Source of the DNA: Eledone cirrhosa | Taxonomy: Eukaryota | DNA length: 64,000 bases | NCBI GenBank assembly: GCA_964016885.1 | Contig: OZ024756.1 | Location: forward strand, 37,696,001-37,760,000 | Reading direction: 5' to 3' | In this document: positions 14,402 through 26,791 of the stretch, piece after piece | How positions within the stretch are numbered: position 1 is the first letter of the stretch | Layout of the letters: each line of letters begins with the position of its first letter | Translations under genes and position numbers: made by a program | Notes under the pieces: generated by a model | What the model was told of the DNA's origin: nothing | What the model saw: only the letters and a program-made list of their open reading frames with translations | Databases searched by the model: none

Positions 14402-15022
14402 AACAGAAAAGGCTTTTACAAGATGAGTACTGTTTCATTTTGTGGATATATATATATATGAGTGTATGTGTAGGAATGTATGTATATATTTGTATATCAT
14501 AGGGGAAAATGTCTAAATCTGGAATGCAAATTCATTTCCTCTTCATGTCCTATGATGTGGTTGGTCTCTCTCACAGGGAAAACTGTCTAAATTTAATCTC
14601 TATGGAATTCTGAAATGAATCAAAGTTTGTGCTTCCCTTACCAACATGTTGTGTTGTGTGGTGTGGTTTGGTGTGGTTTGGTTTGGTTTGGTCAACATGT
14701 TGCATTGAATTAATATTATTAAAGCATATAAATAGATATTTTTGGTTTACAAACTTTAAAGCAGAAAACTTGCTTCATTTGCTTGCTTGCTTTTCCCTTG
14801 CTTATATGAAAACGGTTTGTGTTTGTGTGGTTTCTAAGTATTGTTGTGTTGTACTGTGTTATGTATGTATTAACTTTGTGTAGTGAAGCAGGGAAAGTTC
14901 TGAAATGATGGAGGAGCAAAACAGAAAAGGAAGATGAAAACCTTAGCAATGTGTGCAGAGGTGTGTAACAAATATAGTTGAACAGTCAAAAACCACAAAA
15001 TATGGAAACTTTTCTGGTGACT

Positions 15023-15080
<58 letters not shown>

Positions 15081-15875
15081 TAATCTTTCCTTTATTGACC
15101 ACAAAGGGTTTACAAAAAACAATAAATAACAATAATAAATATGTCTAACCCATGCTAGTGTGGACAAATGGACGTAAAAGAGTGATATAAACAAAAAGAA
15201 ACATCAATCCTTCTGAAATCACCCATGGTTTTATGATAGAAAACTGTTTGTTTTGAAGTGTTTATATTTATCTTCTGACATCATTTTATAATATTACTAA
15301 ACATCAACTTAATAATATTACTAAATTATAAACAGCGTTTTTCATTAGAAATATGGTAACAAAAGGGTTAAAATGTTGATATTTATCTAAAAAAAAAAAA
15401 AATCTGCCATAATGGTTTTGTGTAAAAACCTTTGTTATGTTCCCAAACCAACTTAACAATATTACTAAATTATAGACAGTGTCTTTCATTAGAAATATTG
15501 CAACAAAGAGGTTAAAATGTTTCTAGTCATCTAAAAACCTTTCATCATAACCTTTAAGTTATATTCTATGCACCAACTTAATAATATTACTAAACCATAG
15601 ACAGTGACTTCCATTAGAAATACATTAATGTGAGGATTGAGGAAGATAGGAAACGATAGTGTGGGGGGGGGGGGGGGGTATGAGGATGTGCGTAAAAGGA
15701 GCAACAAAAACAAAACAAAAGATGTAACAATAAAGTTGAAAACAAAAGTATGATTACCTTATATGTTTAGACAAGATGTATAGCAGTGGAGAAGGCGGTA
15801 AAAAATGTCCTCACATACTTAAGTGTTTTCCTTTATCTTCTGAGTTCAAAGTCCTGCCAGTGTTCACCTGGATGG

Positions 15876-15942
<67 letters not shown>

Positions 15943-15944
<2 letters not shown>

Positions 15945-16172
15945 ATTATGTAATAAACATCATAAGACAATTATTCCATTTACCAAAGGTTTCACGAAGA
16001 CAGACGAGCTCAACAAAGATGTCTGAAATTGCTCATCATTCTGATTGTCTGCCTTCGTGAAACCTTTGGTAAATGGAATAATTGTCTTATGCTGTTTATT
16101 ACATAATTAAATAGCTCTGTAGCATACATAGAGCACTCTCCTTTCCTTTACCCTTCCTACGGAAATACTTCA
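15943..16172. mobile_element. Fold-back element (IR 15943-16109 plus tail)
   Basis: ~60-bp inverted arms, tail hairpin at 16114-16134, (TA)n on both sides. Confidence 0.6.
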
Positions 16173-17564
16173 TATATATATATATATATATATATAGGAC
16201 ATGTTAGTCATATAAGTCAGAGATAAAATCTGACACATAATCAGTACAACTACTAGATCTCACACATAATCAGTACCAGTAATATCAATTATATAATGGA
16301 GTTGTGGTCACTGCAGAGTAACATAGAAACTATGTAATACAACCAGTGCCAGATTTAGGACAAATGAGGCCCTGTGCTAGTTAAGTTATGAGGCCCCTTA
16401 CTTGGGCCCTGAAGGAAATAAAAAAATTTTTGCCCATTAAATCTGTCGAGCGATTTTTTTCAGAGAAATTCTAACCACATGCCCATATTATCAGAGCTGT
16501 GATTTTTCAATGAAAGTAAAATAATAATAAAACTAAATTTTAATCCAGAATACAAAACTAAGGAACTGATATTAATCCACCAATTCTGTTGTAGTAGTCA
16601 TAGTAAATTCACTTTGATTTTTAATGTACCTATATTGAAATATAGCCTATAGAGACGGCAGTTACACACACACACACTCACATATTGTCAATGTACTTAT
16701 ATTGAAATATAGCCTATAAAGATGGCTGTATTTTCTCCCTACATTGTCTCCAGTCAGTCTCTCTCTCTCTCATTCTCTATCTCTCTCTCTCTCTCCTTGT
16801 CCATTCTATAACTCATATAACCATACAGGAAAACTAGTCTGATTTATAACTTATGTGTATGTATGTGTATGTATATATGTTTAAATCTTTATGTGTGTGT
16901 ATGTGTATGAATATATGTTTGAATCTTTATGTGTGTGTATGTATGTCTATGTATTTGCATGTCTATGTGTGTGTGTGTGCATGTATGTTTGTGAGAGTAT
17001 ATTTTGTGTATGTGTGTGTTTATATGTACATGAATGTGTATTTGTGTGCGCATGTGTCTATGGACGTATGTGAATAGCTGTACGTGTGAATAGCTGTATG
17101 TGTGCGTGTGTCTATGTGTTTGCATGTGTACGTGCATGCATGTGTGTTTATGCATGTCAGTGTGTTTGTGCATAGGTGTGCGTTTGTATGTGTGTCTATG
17201 TGTTTATTTATGTATATGCATGCGCGTATGTGTGTGTGTTTGCATGTGTATGTGCATGCATGTGAGTCTGTTGTGCATGTGCATGGGTGTGCATTTGTAT
17301 GTGTGTATGTGTTTATATATGTTTATGCATGTGTGTGTGTGCATGTGTCAATGTGTTTATATGTCTATGTGCATGCGTGTGTCTATATGTAAGAGTGTGC
17401 CCTAACTGTCTCTTCCTCAGATAATAAACTATCCACAGTAATTGCTGATTGTTATCAGAGATGATGGAACTGTTTCTGTCATTTCAGACTGAAATATTAC
17501 ACCCCCAGCACAGCAGAGGGGGTAAGCCAGTGTGGTGGGTGGAGACATTGACTAAATAGTGCTG

Positions 17565-18110
17565 GTCAGGGTTGGGCTGGATGTAACTGGATAGAGCTGG
17601 TCTGGTTTTCACTGGACAGAGCCTGTTTGAGCTGGTCTGAGTTGGATATAGCTGGACAGAGCTAATCTGAAGCAGTTTTGGCTGGTCTGGGCTAGACAGA
17701 GCCTGTTTGGGCTGGATACTGCTGGACAGAGCCTGTTTGGGATGGATGTTGCTGGACAGAGCCTGTTTAGGCTGGATGTTGCTGGACAGAGCTGGATATG
17801 GCTGAACAGAGATAATCTGAAGCAGTTTTGCTGGTCTGAGCTGAACAGAGCCTGTTTGGACTGGATATGGCTGGACAGATCTAATCTGAGCTGGTCTAGG
17901 CTTGATATGATTAGACATGGCATGTCTTGACTAGACGTAGAAAATCTGGGCTGTTTTTGGCTCGACAGAGGTAGTCTGGACTGGGCTAGACCTGGCTGGA
18001 CAGAACTAGTCTGGGTTGGTTTAGGATGGATATAGCTAGTCTTGGTTGTATAGAGGTAGTCTAGGCTGGTCTTTGCTGGATATGGCTAATCTTGGCTGAA
18101 TAGAGCTGGT
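17565..18110. repeat. Degenerate minisatellite (gctggacagagcctgtttgggctggat, ~30 bp with 5/10-bp subperiod)
   Basis: Directly visible. Confidence 0.8.
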
Positions 18111-18947
18111 AGTAGTAGTGGTGATGGGGTGGTGATAGTGGTGGTAATGATAGTGGTTATGATGATGATTGTAGTTGTGGTAGTGGTAGTAGTAGTGGTA
18201 ATTGTGATGATGATGATTGTGGCTGTGGTAGTGGTAGTAGTAGTGGTGATAGTGGTTATGGTGATGATGATGATTGTAATAGTAGTAGTGGTGGCAGGAG
18301 TGGTGATGATAGTGGTTATGGTGATTGTGGTAGTGGTGGTTATGGTGATGATGATGATGATGATGATGATAGTGGTTGTGGTGGTGGTGTTTGTAATTAT
18401 GGTGATGATGATAGTGGCTGTGGTAGTGGTAGTAGTAGTGGTGATAGTGGTTATGGTGATGATGATAATAGTGGTTGTGGTAGTAGTAGTGGTGATTGTG
18501 GTTATGGTGATGATGATAATAGTGGTTGTGGTAGTAGTAGTGGTGATTGTGGTTATGGTGATGATGATAATAGTGGTTGTGGTAGTAGTAGTGGTGATTG
18601 TGGTTATGGTGATGATGATGATGATAGTAGTGGTGGTGGTGGTGGTGGTAATGGAAATGTGTAGTTAGTCAGAAATATAATAAAAACTGATACAGATGAC
18701 ATTAGTGAAGATTAATGACATCATCAAAACTCTGTAACAAACAACAATAATTTTACGAAATTGGATCCTGCTTTTCTGCTGCTGTAAGAGAGAGAAAATG
18801 GTTTTAGAATTTAGATGGAATATTGTTGACTACAGTAAGTTGCAGGAAATTCTTCCTCCTCCAGTTGTACTCTTCCATTTACATGTGGCATTCACAAATG
18901 GCAATGCATATATTGGAATATATATATATATACATGTATATGTATAT

Positions 18948-19166
18948 AAGAGATGTCAACATGAATGGACCTGTTATTTTTATCTAAAGACATTTTTTCC
19001 AATTCCAATCCGCCCGTCTCCTCAATCTATCTTATTTCTCATTCTTTCTTCTGATGAAGGACTAGCGTCCGAAACGTTAAGACCCTCTTCCTGCTATATC
19101 AAGTGTTAACCTAATATATCCCTTTCATATACTGTACCGATTGTGTTGTTATTTCTGTTTACCTTT

Positions 19167-19175
<9 letters not shown>
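18948..19175 (+). mobile_element. Penelope-like element 3' end (GIY-YIG-like C-terminus, hammerhead, tail)
   Basis: KRCQHEWTCYFYLKTFFP resembles the PLE endonuclease C-terminus and is followed by a hammerhead core; second copy at 63205-63520 (-), tail copy at 35603-35670. Confidence 0.65.
19047..19082 (+). ncRNA. Minimal type I hammerhead ribozyme motif
   Basis: TCTT-CTGATGA-A-GGAC(TAGC)GTCC-GAAA-CG-TT-AAGA, with palindromic ACGT at stem III. Confidence 0.65.
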
Positions 19176-19232
<57 letters not shown>

Positions 19233-19481
19233 TATATATGGGCCAGCCATCAAAGAAACAACACCACGTATTCGGACGGCTCCTGTATCCTGAAAAGAAA
19301 ATCTTTTTCCAGGGAAATTATTGGATTTTTACAAATTTAAAGGTTTCTTATGAACATTCAATGTTTATTTTAGGTTTTGCCGTCTGAAGAGCTCAGTTTA
19401 TCACAACTGATAGTCCTCAGTGAAATATGTGCCACAGAGTTTTAAATAAACCTGAATCAACTGAATATGGCCTGCGATCTC

Positions 19482-19532
<51 letters not shown>

Positions 19533-19535
19533 AGG

Positions 19536-19804
19536 AGGGCCATGCTGCCAATAAAAACACACACACCAGTTGGTTTTCACTTCAATTTATTACAAATTTC
19601 CAGTTGGTTTGGTTCAATAACTGGATGGTTGTTTATTTATTGTCAAAGCTCTTTCATCACACATTCTGAGACCTCTTCAGTGACTCTCCTTTGTTCTGTC
19701 CTACACCATCTTGTTTTTGTGTGTTGAACCAACCAACTGGAAATTTGTAATAAATTAAACTGAAAACCAACTGGTGCGTGTGTTTTTATTGGCAGCATGA
19801 CCCT
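19536..19804. mobile_element. Fold-back element with a minus-strand hammerhead-like motif in the spacer
   Basis: ~80-bp inverted arms; 19642-19684 reverse reads GTCA-CTGAAGA-G-GTCTCA(GAATG)TGTGAT-GAAA-GAGC-TT-TGAC. Confidence 0.6.
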
Positions 19805-19995
19805 GTGTTTATGTGTATGTTTTTGTATGAGTGTGTGTTTACATAGCATAGCCCTGTGTGTATGTGAATACGTTTGTGTGCATGTGTGCACACATAAGTG
19901 TGTGGTGTTGTGTGGGTTGTGGTCATAGCTGGGCTATTTTAGGAAGTGGCCTCTGATCATATATATATATATATAATACACATACACACACACAT

Positions 19996-20027
<32 letters not shown>

Positions 20028-20052
20028 TATATAATACACACACACATATATA

Positions 20053-20277
20053 ATGATTTCTACTATAGGCACAAGGCCAGCAATTAGGAGGTGGGGGTAG
20101 GGCAAGTCGATTAAATCGACACCAGTGCATTACTGGTACTTTATTTTATCGATCCTGTAAGGATAAAAAGACAAAGCTAACCTCGGCAGGAGGAGTTGGA
20201 CTCAGAACGTAAAGAGCAACAACTCTATGCTGCAAAGCACGGTGTCTGACACTCTACCGATACTGCCAATCGACCAT
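20053..20277 (-). mobile_element. SINE family A, near full length
   Basis: Reverse complement of the family A sequence, including the head. Confidence 0.8.
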
Positions 20278-20367
20278 AAATAATATACACTATACACAGC
20301 AGATACTAATTAAACATTCAAGCTGCCATATCCAATTTTGTTTTACATCTTTTTAGACATACCAGAT

Positions 20368-20404
<37 letters not shown>

Positions 20405-21034
20405 TGATAATGATATTAACAACAACTTCATAATGATGATAAATTCATAAATGATAGTTCATCATCATCATCATCATTATTTGTTTAGTATTTGCATTAT
20501 CATATAACCACCACTTCAGAGTTTAATGATGATGATGATGATGATGATGACAGTGATAATGATGACAATGGTAGTGATGATGTGAATGATGATGATGATG
20601 ATGGTGGTGACGACAATGAATATGATGATGATGATGATGATGATGGTGATGGCGGTAATGGTGGTGATGATGGTGATGGTGGTGGTGGTGGAGGTGGTGG
20701 TGGTGATGATGATGCTGATGGCGGTAATGGTGGTGATGATGGTGATGGTGATGATGATGGTGATGGTGGTAGTAATGGTGATGATGGTGGTGGTGGTGGT
20801 GGTGGTGATGGTGGTGGTGATGATGCTGATGATGATGGTGGTGATGATGCTGATGGCGGTAATGGTGATGACGATGATGGTGGTGGTGGTGGTGGTGGTG
20901 ATGATGATAATTCGATAAATATCCAATGATGGAATTTGAAAGTAATCGTGTTAGAGAGAGTTGATTACTCCCTAGGGGGCAGTGGGGTAGTCTAGATAGA
21001 CAGGGGCCACGTTTGATTGGATATAGATGGTTTA

Positions 21035-21395
21035 CCTCAGTATAGGGGGGAGGGAGGTGTAGTGGGGCGATGTAGTAGAGGGAGGGAGTGTAGTGGAGAG
21101 GGTGTAGTGGAGGGAGGAGGTGTAGTGGAGGGATATAGTGGGGAGAGGGGTAGTGGGGGATATAGTGGAGGAGGTGTGGTGGGGAAGGTGTAGTGGAGGG
21201 AGGTATAGAGGGGGAGGTATAGAGGGGGAGGTGTAGTGGGGGAGGTGTAGTGGAGGAGGTGTAGTGGAGGAGGTGTAGTGGAGGGGGTGTAGTGGATGAG
21301 GGGGGGGGGGTAGAGTAGAAGGGGGGTAGAGAGAGTAAAGAGGAGGTGGTGTGTAGAAGAATGGTAGGGTAGAGAAGGAGGGTGTAGTGGAGGTA
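21035..21395. repeat. G-rich (ggaggtgtagt)n minisatellite
   Basis: Directly visible. Confidence 0.8.
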
Positions 21396-21637
21396 ACAGG
21401 TGGAATAAGAAAGAGATTCCTGGTTGCTAATGGTGATAACATTTAACAGAGAACTTGTGTTCTCAGCCATGCTGGGGGAGGTAGAGATATGGAGTGGGGG
21501 TAGGGTAAGCTACATGTTGTTTGTCAGGGCTGGAGTTTATAACAAACTAGAGTTTAGTACCTCTGTATGTATGTAAATTAATTTTCTATATAAATGATAA
21601 ACACAACCACAAGGATATGGTCCGAACGAACGTGGAA

Positions 21638-22013
21638 GAGCTAAACTCCCAGTCATCGCCCCCATCTCTCTCGCCCTCCCCATCTCTCTGTATGGTGAGC
21701 TAAACTCCCACTGTCATCGCCCCCATCTCTCTCTCGCCCTCCCCACCTCTCTGTATGGTGAGCTAAACTCCCACTGTCATCGCCCCCATCTCTCTCTCGC
21801 CCTCCCCACCTCTCTGTATGGTGAGCTAAACTCCCACTGTCATCGCCCCCATCTCTCTCTCGCCCTCCCCATCTCTCTGTATGGTGAGCTAAACTCCCAC
21901 TGTCATCGCCCCCATCTCTCTCTCGCCCTCCCCATCTCTCTGTATGGTGAGCTAAACTCCCACTGTCATCGCCCCCATCTCTCTCGCCCTCCCCATCTCT
22001 CTGTATGGTGAGC
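21638..22013. repeat. Homogeneous minisatellite, 6 x ~63 bp
   Basis: gagctaaactcccactgtcatcgcccccatctctctctcgccctccccatctctctgtatggt units, nearly identical. Confidence 0.95.
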
Positions 22014-22080
22014 AAAAAGTTTGTACCTGTAATACTATTAACTATTGGTAAACTAATTTCTTTTCAGCATGTGGTATATG

Positions 22081-22230
22081 CAGGGCCGTCTTAACACATG
22101 GGCAGTTGCCCGGGGGCCCCACGAGGATAGGGGGCCCATTTGTATTTGTATTCCTGTGAGTGGTTGTGTAGGTAGGGGCCCCAGTGCTCTGCTTTGTCCG
22201 GGGGCCTATAATGATGTTAAGACGGCCCTG
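22081..22230. mobile_element. 150-bp MITE with hAT-like TIRs
   Basis: Perfect 16-bp TIR CAGGGCCGTCTTAACA...TGTTAAGACGGCCCTG; no clear TSD. Confidence 0.8.
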
Positions 22231-22733
22231 GCTATCACCGAGTCCTGCTGAAGTATCAAGTGATGCTCCTTATGAGAATGCTTGGCTATTCTAGTGCCTT
22301 AGACTCCCTATAACCTGCAGCAATGCTGTCTTCGCTTGCCTCAAATATTTTTTTAGATAGAAAAATATTTTTAATTTGTTTTTATAGCAGGCTAAATATA
22401 GATACGGAAATTTTTGTTATCATTCCTTCTAATTTCATAATAATGAAAAATTATTTGATACATTGCTCAGGTGCACTACAACTCACCAAAGGTGCATGTA
22501 TAGTAGATAGAATAATTGTTTCTACCTTTGGCACAAGGCCAGCAATTACCCAGTACATTACTGGTACTTTATTTTATCGACCCCGTAAGGATGAAAGGCA
22601 AAGTCAACCTCGGCGGGATTTGAACTCAGATCGTATAGTAGATAGAATAATGTGCAAATGTCAGTAAAGTAAACAGTGTATGAGTCATGACATACACACA
22701 GACACATCCGTGCGTGTGTTTGGATGGGGATAA

Positions 22734-23082
22734 TCATGTGTAGTGTTGGTGAATTTCGGGAAACATGGAGGTTTTAAAGGATGCAGTGTCCCGACAGCTA
22801 ACAACTGATGAAGGTAGTTTGTTCCATGCTTCAGCAACTCTGAGCGTAGAAAAATGTTTCCGAAAGTCATGGGAGCTGTACTGTTTTCTGATTTTGTGGG
22901 CATGTCCACGTGTGTTAGACACATGGAATTGAAACAGGTGCTCGAGGGTTGTTGTTGGCAAGATGGCTAATAATTTTGTGGCCATTTACCAAGTCAGTTG
23001 CCAGACGTCGGAGCTTTAATGCATCCATGCCCAGGGAAGCAAGGCGTTCAGAGTATGGTGGATACCTGATGGAGAGTATTCA
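22734..23082 (-). pseudogene. CR1-clade LINE ORF2 C-terminal fragment (frameshifted)
   Basis: PYSERLASLGMDALKLRRLATDL... / ...NTRGHAHKIRKQ...RKHFSTLRVAEAWNKLPSSVV, typical CR1 motifs. Confidence 0.85.
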
Positions 23083-23269
23083 TGTTGATAATAATATCAA
23101 CTAGGGTAATGTCAGATTTTATACAGGAATATAATGTCATTTTAACAAGTATTAATTACGAAAAATAAAAATAAATAATAATGTTAACCCTATAATCATA
23201 CTCAACATCATGGAAAACCTATGTCTGCAAGATTTAGTGAAAAAATATACATTATTATGCAAGTTATTG

Positions 23270-23460
23270 TGCGGTGGATTGGCAGTATCGTTAGAGGTCG
23301 GACGCCATGCTATGCCGCATAGAGTTACGGCCCTTGCCATTCTGAGTTCAAATCCCGCCGAAGTTAACTTTGCCTTTCATCCTTACGGGGTCGATAAAAT
23401 AAAGTACCAGTAAGGTACTGGTTAATTGCTGGCCTTGTGCCAAAAAGTAGAAACAATTAT
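23270..23460 (+). mobile_element. SINE family A, full length
   Basis: Head, B box and body all intact. Confidence 0.85.
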
Positions 23461-23479
23461 CAAGAAAGTTATTAGGAAA

Positions 23480-24238
23480 GAAAAGGAAGTTTCACTATTA
23501 CACACCGGCGATATTTTTTCCCAGTTAACTATAAAAACAGGTAAATTCCGACACTTTTGACGACTATATTTGTTTAAAGTACATCATAAACTGTAGGAAA
23601 AAGATAAATTTTCCCGCCAAAGAGAGAAGGGTGTAATAATAACAATTTATTTATATACGATTATAGTCACGTGTAGAATGAAAACATTGAAGAAAAATCA
23701 TATGGTATAAACTTCCGGTATGAGGATGTTAATAGTTGTTCCCTTGAAAGTTAAATTAATTTTTGTTTATGTGTGTATTCTATACCTACAAAATGTATAT
23801 CATTATTTAAATAAAAATAAACAGATAATATATATATATTAATTAAAAGTATTTTTCGTACGAAAGCTATTGTTAATTTCTATTATCACATCGCATGGTA
23901 TGTAGTCGAACCGGCATTATCTGCACGTTGTATTCTCAAACGGAAGTCACCAGTGTTTTTGCATGTCCGGATTACTCCCACGTGTAAACGAATGCAACCC
24001 CTATTGTTTTGACGCTAGATTTTAGGTAAGTTATTAACTGATCTCACCTTAAACAGCTTTAACATCATTATCAGCGATCTATATTGAAATAGTAGTTCCA
24101 TTATAAAACCGCTGTTCTCTGTTATGTATCCACGCTTTCCCCCTTTCGTTTCATCGTGTTAGTGATCTATTCGTCTCATTTCGATTTCATACGCGTGAAG
24201 TTCTTTATTAATTTTAGCACATTCTTTCCTTTATATGC

Positions 24239-24269
<31 letters not shown>

Positions 24270-24500
24270 GTATATATATACACACACACACCCACAAAGT
24301 TGTTTTACTCCAAATATTCTGTACATCATTCGGTTTAAATCCTGGTGTCACATTTCTCCGTGGACATCGGCACCCTACTTCTTTCGGTAACCCGATCTAT
24401 ATACACATGCATTCCTGCATATACATATATATATGCATATATATATATAATACTGAAACGAAGTCATCGGATATGTATGTATATATACACACACATTGGT
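23480..24500. promoter_or_regulatory. CpG-enriched promoter-like island with a possible + strand first-exon donor
   Basis: Local CpG excess; E2F-type TTTTCCCGCCAAA 23609-23621; ETS ACTTCCGG 23711 and CGGAAGT 23941; CACGTG 23668 and 23979; AG|GTAAGT at 24026. Confidence 0.55.
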
Positions 24501-25094
24501 ATGTTTAAATATATATATAATACACGCGTGTTTTTAAAGTAATGCCTATACACTGGCATTTTAAAACATATATATGCACATACTGGTATTCTGAAATATA
24601 TACATACATACACTTACATTGATATTTTTACTTACATGTTTATATATACACACAAGTGTTTTTAAAGTAATACATCGTAATAAAATGATTCCTAACCATC
24701 TTTGCTCCATACCCTTCTCAACCACTACTACCACATATAACAATATTTCATGGCTACCACTCAATATAAAAAACTTGTTTTCAGTAACATAGACTATCAG
24801 AATTGTTAGAGCTTTAGGAACATGATTGGCAGTATTTAGTTACGGACTTTCACGATCCAAGATCAAATCTCACGGAGGTCTCACCTTTACCTTTTACCCA
24901 TTCAGGGCTTGATAAATTATCGTATTTACCAGTCAATTTAATCAATTTTCTCCTTCCTTCAAATTGCTGGCCTTGTGCCGAATGTAGCAAGCGTTACTAT
25001 TATAAGAGGATATAATGTTGACTGACATTCAAAGCTGTACATGGGCTTGTTCATCTACATATTGGTGAAATACGTTGTGGAATAAAGTCACCAG

Positions 25095-25640
25095 TGTTTG
25101 AGATCTAGTGGCAATGGACACCTCATAGTACTAACTACTAGAATGAAGAGCTCTGATGATCAGGGTTTTTGTAAGTTAGCTCAAGCTCTCTGGAATGGAC
25201 TCCGTATAGTAACAAGTGCTAGAATGAAGGGCTGTGGTGATCGGGGTTTCACTACGTCAGCCCCAGCTCTCTGGAAAGGACTCCTTATGGTTACAAGTGC
25301 TAGAATGAAGGGCTATGGTGATCAGGGTTTCTGTAAGTTAGCTCTAGCTCTCTGGAAAGGACTTCTTATGGTAACAAACACTAAAATGAAGGGCTGTGAT
25401 GGACTCCTTATCGTTACAAGCACTAGAATGAAGGGCTGTGGTGATCAGGGTTTCTGTAAGTCAGCTGTAGCTCTCTGGAATGGACTCCTTATGGTAACAA
25501 GTGCTAGCAAGAAGAGCTGTGGTAATCAAACTTTCTGTAAATCAATTCAAGCTCTCTAGTATAAACTACCTCTCTCTATGTATGAACTGCACTATTTCTG
25601 TTGCCATTCAGATAAAATCCAAAATCTATCTTTTCAGAAA
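25095..25640 (+). pseudogene. L2/CR1-group LINE C-terminus with internal ~78-bp tandem amplification
   Basis: LRSS...RMKGCGDRGFTTSAPALW units (L2-type GDRAFS.AAP.LWN.LP), ending KLPLS...KIYLFR. Confidence 0.7.
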
Positions 25641-25824
25641 GTACCAGCTGTGAACAGCCTTTCAAATTCTTAAGTCTATATCATCATCATTTTTTAACAG
25701 GTCACATCCAAGATCAGACAGGTTGAAATGACCAAACTTGCTCATTTTGTTTCATATTTAGCATTGTTTGTTCCTCTTATACTGAACTTTTCTCTCAGTT
25801 CACTTGTGTTCAGTCATTTACATA

Positions 25825-26175
25825 TAAGTGCGGCATTGCATGGTAGCACGACATGGGCAATAAATACAGGGGATGTGCAAAGGCTAGAGAGAACTAAAGC
25901 AAGCAAGCGCCGATAGATGTGCATGAAAGATAAAGCTGGATATAAGAGGAATCAGATGTAGTGTGCATGAGAGAAGACTGCATTGATATGGATGGGGATC
26001 AATGGGTGAAGAAGATCCAAGAAATCCCAGTGGAAAGGAGGTACAGTAGAGGGAAGCAAAGAAAGACCTGGGCAAAGGTTGTGAGAACTGATTCCAAATC
26101 ACTCAATCCTACAGTCGGGTTGACGAATGACTGCAACTTGTGAAGGGATGCTGTGATGGAACAAACCCATCCAGC
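25825..26175 (+). pseudogene. Old degenerate RTE ORF2 3' fragment
   Basis: LHGSTTWAINTGDVQRLERTKAS...RGKQRKTWAKVVRTD, homologous to 62420-62790. Confidence 0.8.
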
Positions 26176-26198
26176 AGAATTCTCTCACCTCTTTCTGT

Positions 26199-26540
26199 TT
26201 AACCCTTTATCATTTACATTACTCTATATATACTATTGTATTTTCACAGTAAACACTTTATCTTACATAATTATCTCACATAATATCAAATCTACAAGAT
26301 TTTGATATTATTTATTTTGAGAACAATACCTTAACATCAGTATCAGTGGCCGGTTTGAACAGAAAAAGGTGAGAGAATTCTGGCCGGTTTAAATGCTAAA
26401 GAGTTAAATTGGCTACTCTACCGATATGTTCTCAAAATAAATAATATCAAAATCTCATAGATTTGATATTATGTGAGATAAAGCGTTTACTGCGAAAATA
26501 CAATAGTATATATAGAGTAATGTAAATGCTAAAGGGTTAA
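26199..26540. mobile_element. piggyBac-like MITE plus an adjacent partial copy
   Basis: ttaaccctttatcattta...taaatgctaaagagttaa, then a second right end taaatgctaaagggttaa. Confidence 0.75.
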
Positions 26541-26548
26541 GCAAATTA

Positions 26549-26791
26549 TGAATTTTAAATGTTTGTTGTTTGTTTAAAGTTTACTGCCTCAATGCTGGAT
26601 TTTGACTATGAAAAATAGTTGAACAAGTTCAGTTTATGGGGCCTCTAGAGATGGAAAAAATTGGATAGCATTGGCTGTCTACTTTTTCTTGTCTCTAGGG
26701 GCTTATAAACCGAACTTGTTTGACTAATTTTTGTAGTCAGAAAACCTGTGTTAAAGCAGTAAACTTGAAGCTAACATACATTTAAAACTCA
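26549..26791. repeat. ~240-bp imperfect palindrome
   Basis: Arms pair along their full length around a tiny loop near 26670. Confidence 0.8.

Noticed and set aside
14884-14960. Purine-rich exon-like segment
   Set aside because: All three + frames contain stops; unsupported as CDS.
17488-17521. STAT-like KYYTP similarity
   Set aside because: Five residues only and no other STAT exons found; no gene name assigned.
20523-21470. 315-aa minus-strand ORF starting MAENTSSLL
   Set aside because: Mostly minisatellite and (CAT/CAC)n; no recognisable domain.
21638-22013. CRISPR-like regular repeats
   Set aside because: No unique spacers, no cas genes, eukaryotic context; a plain minisatellite.
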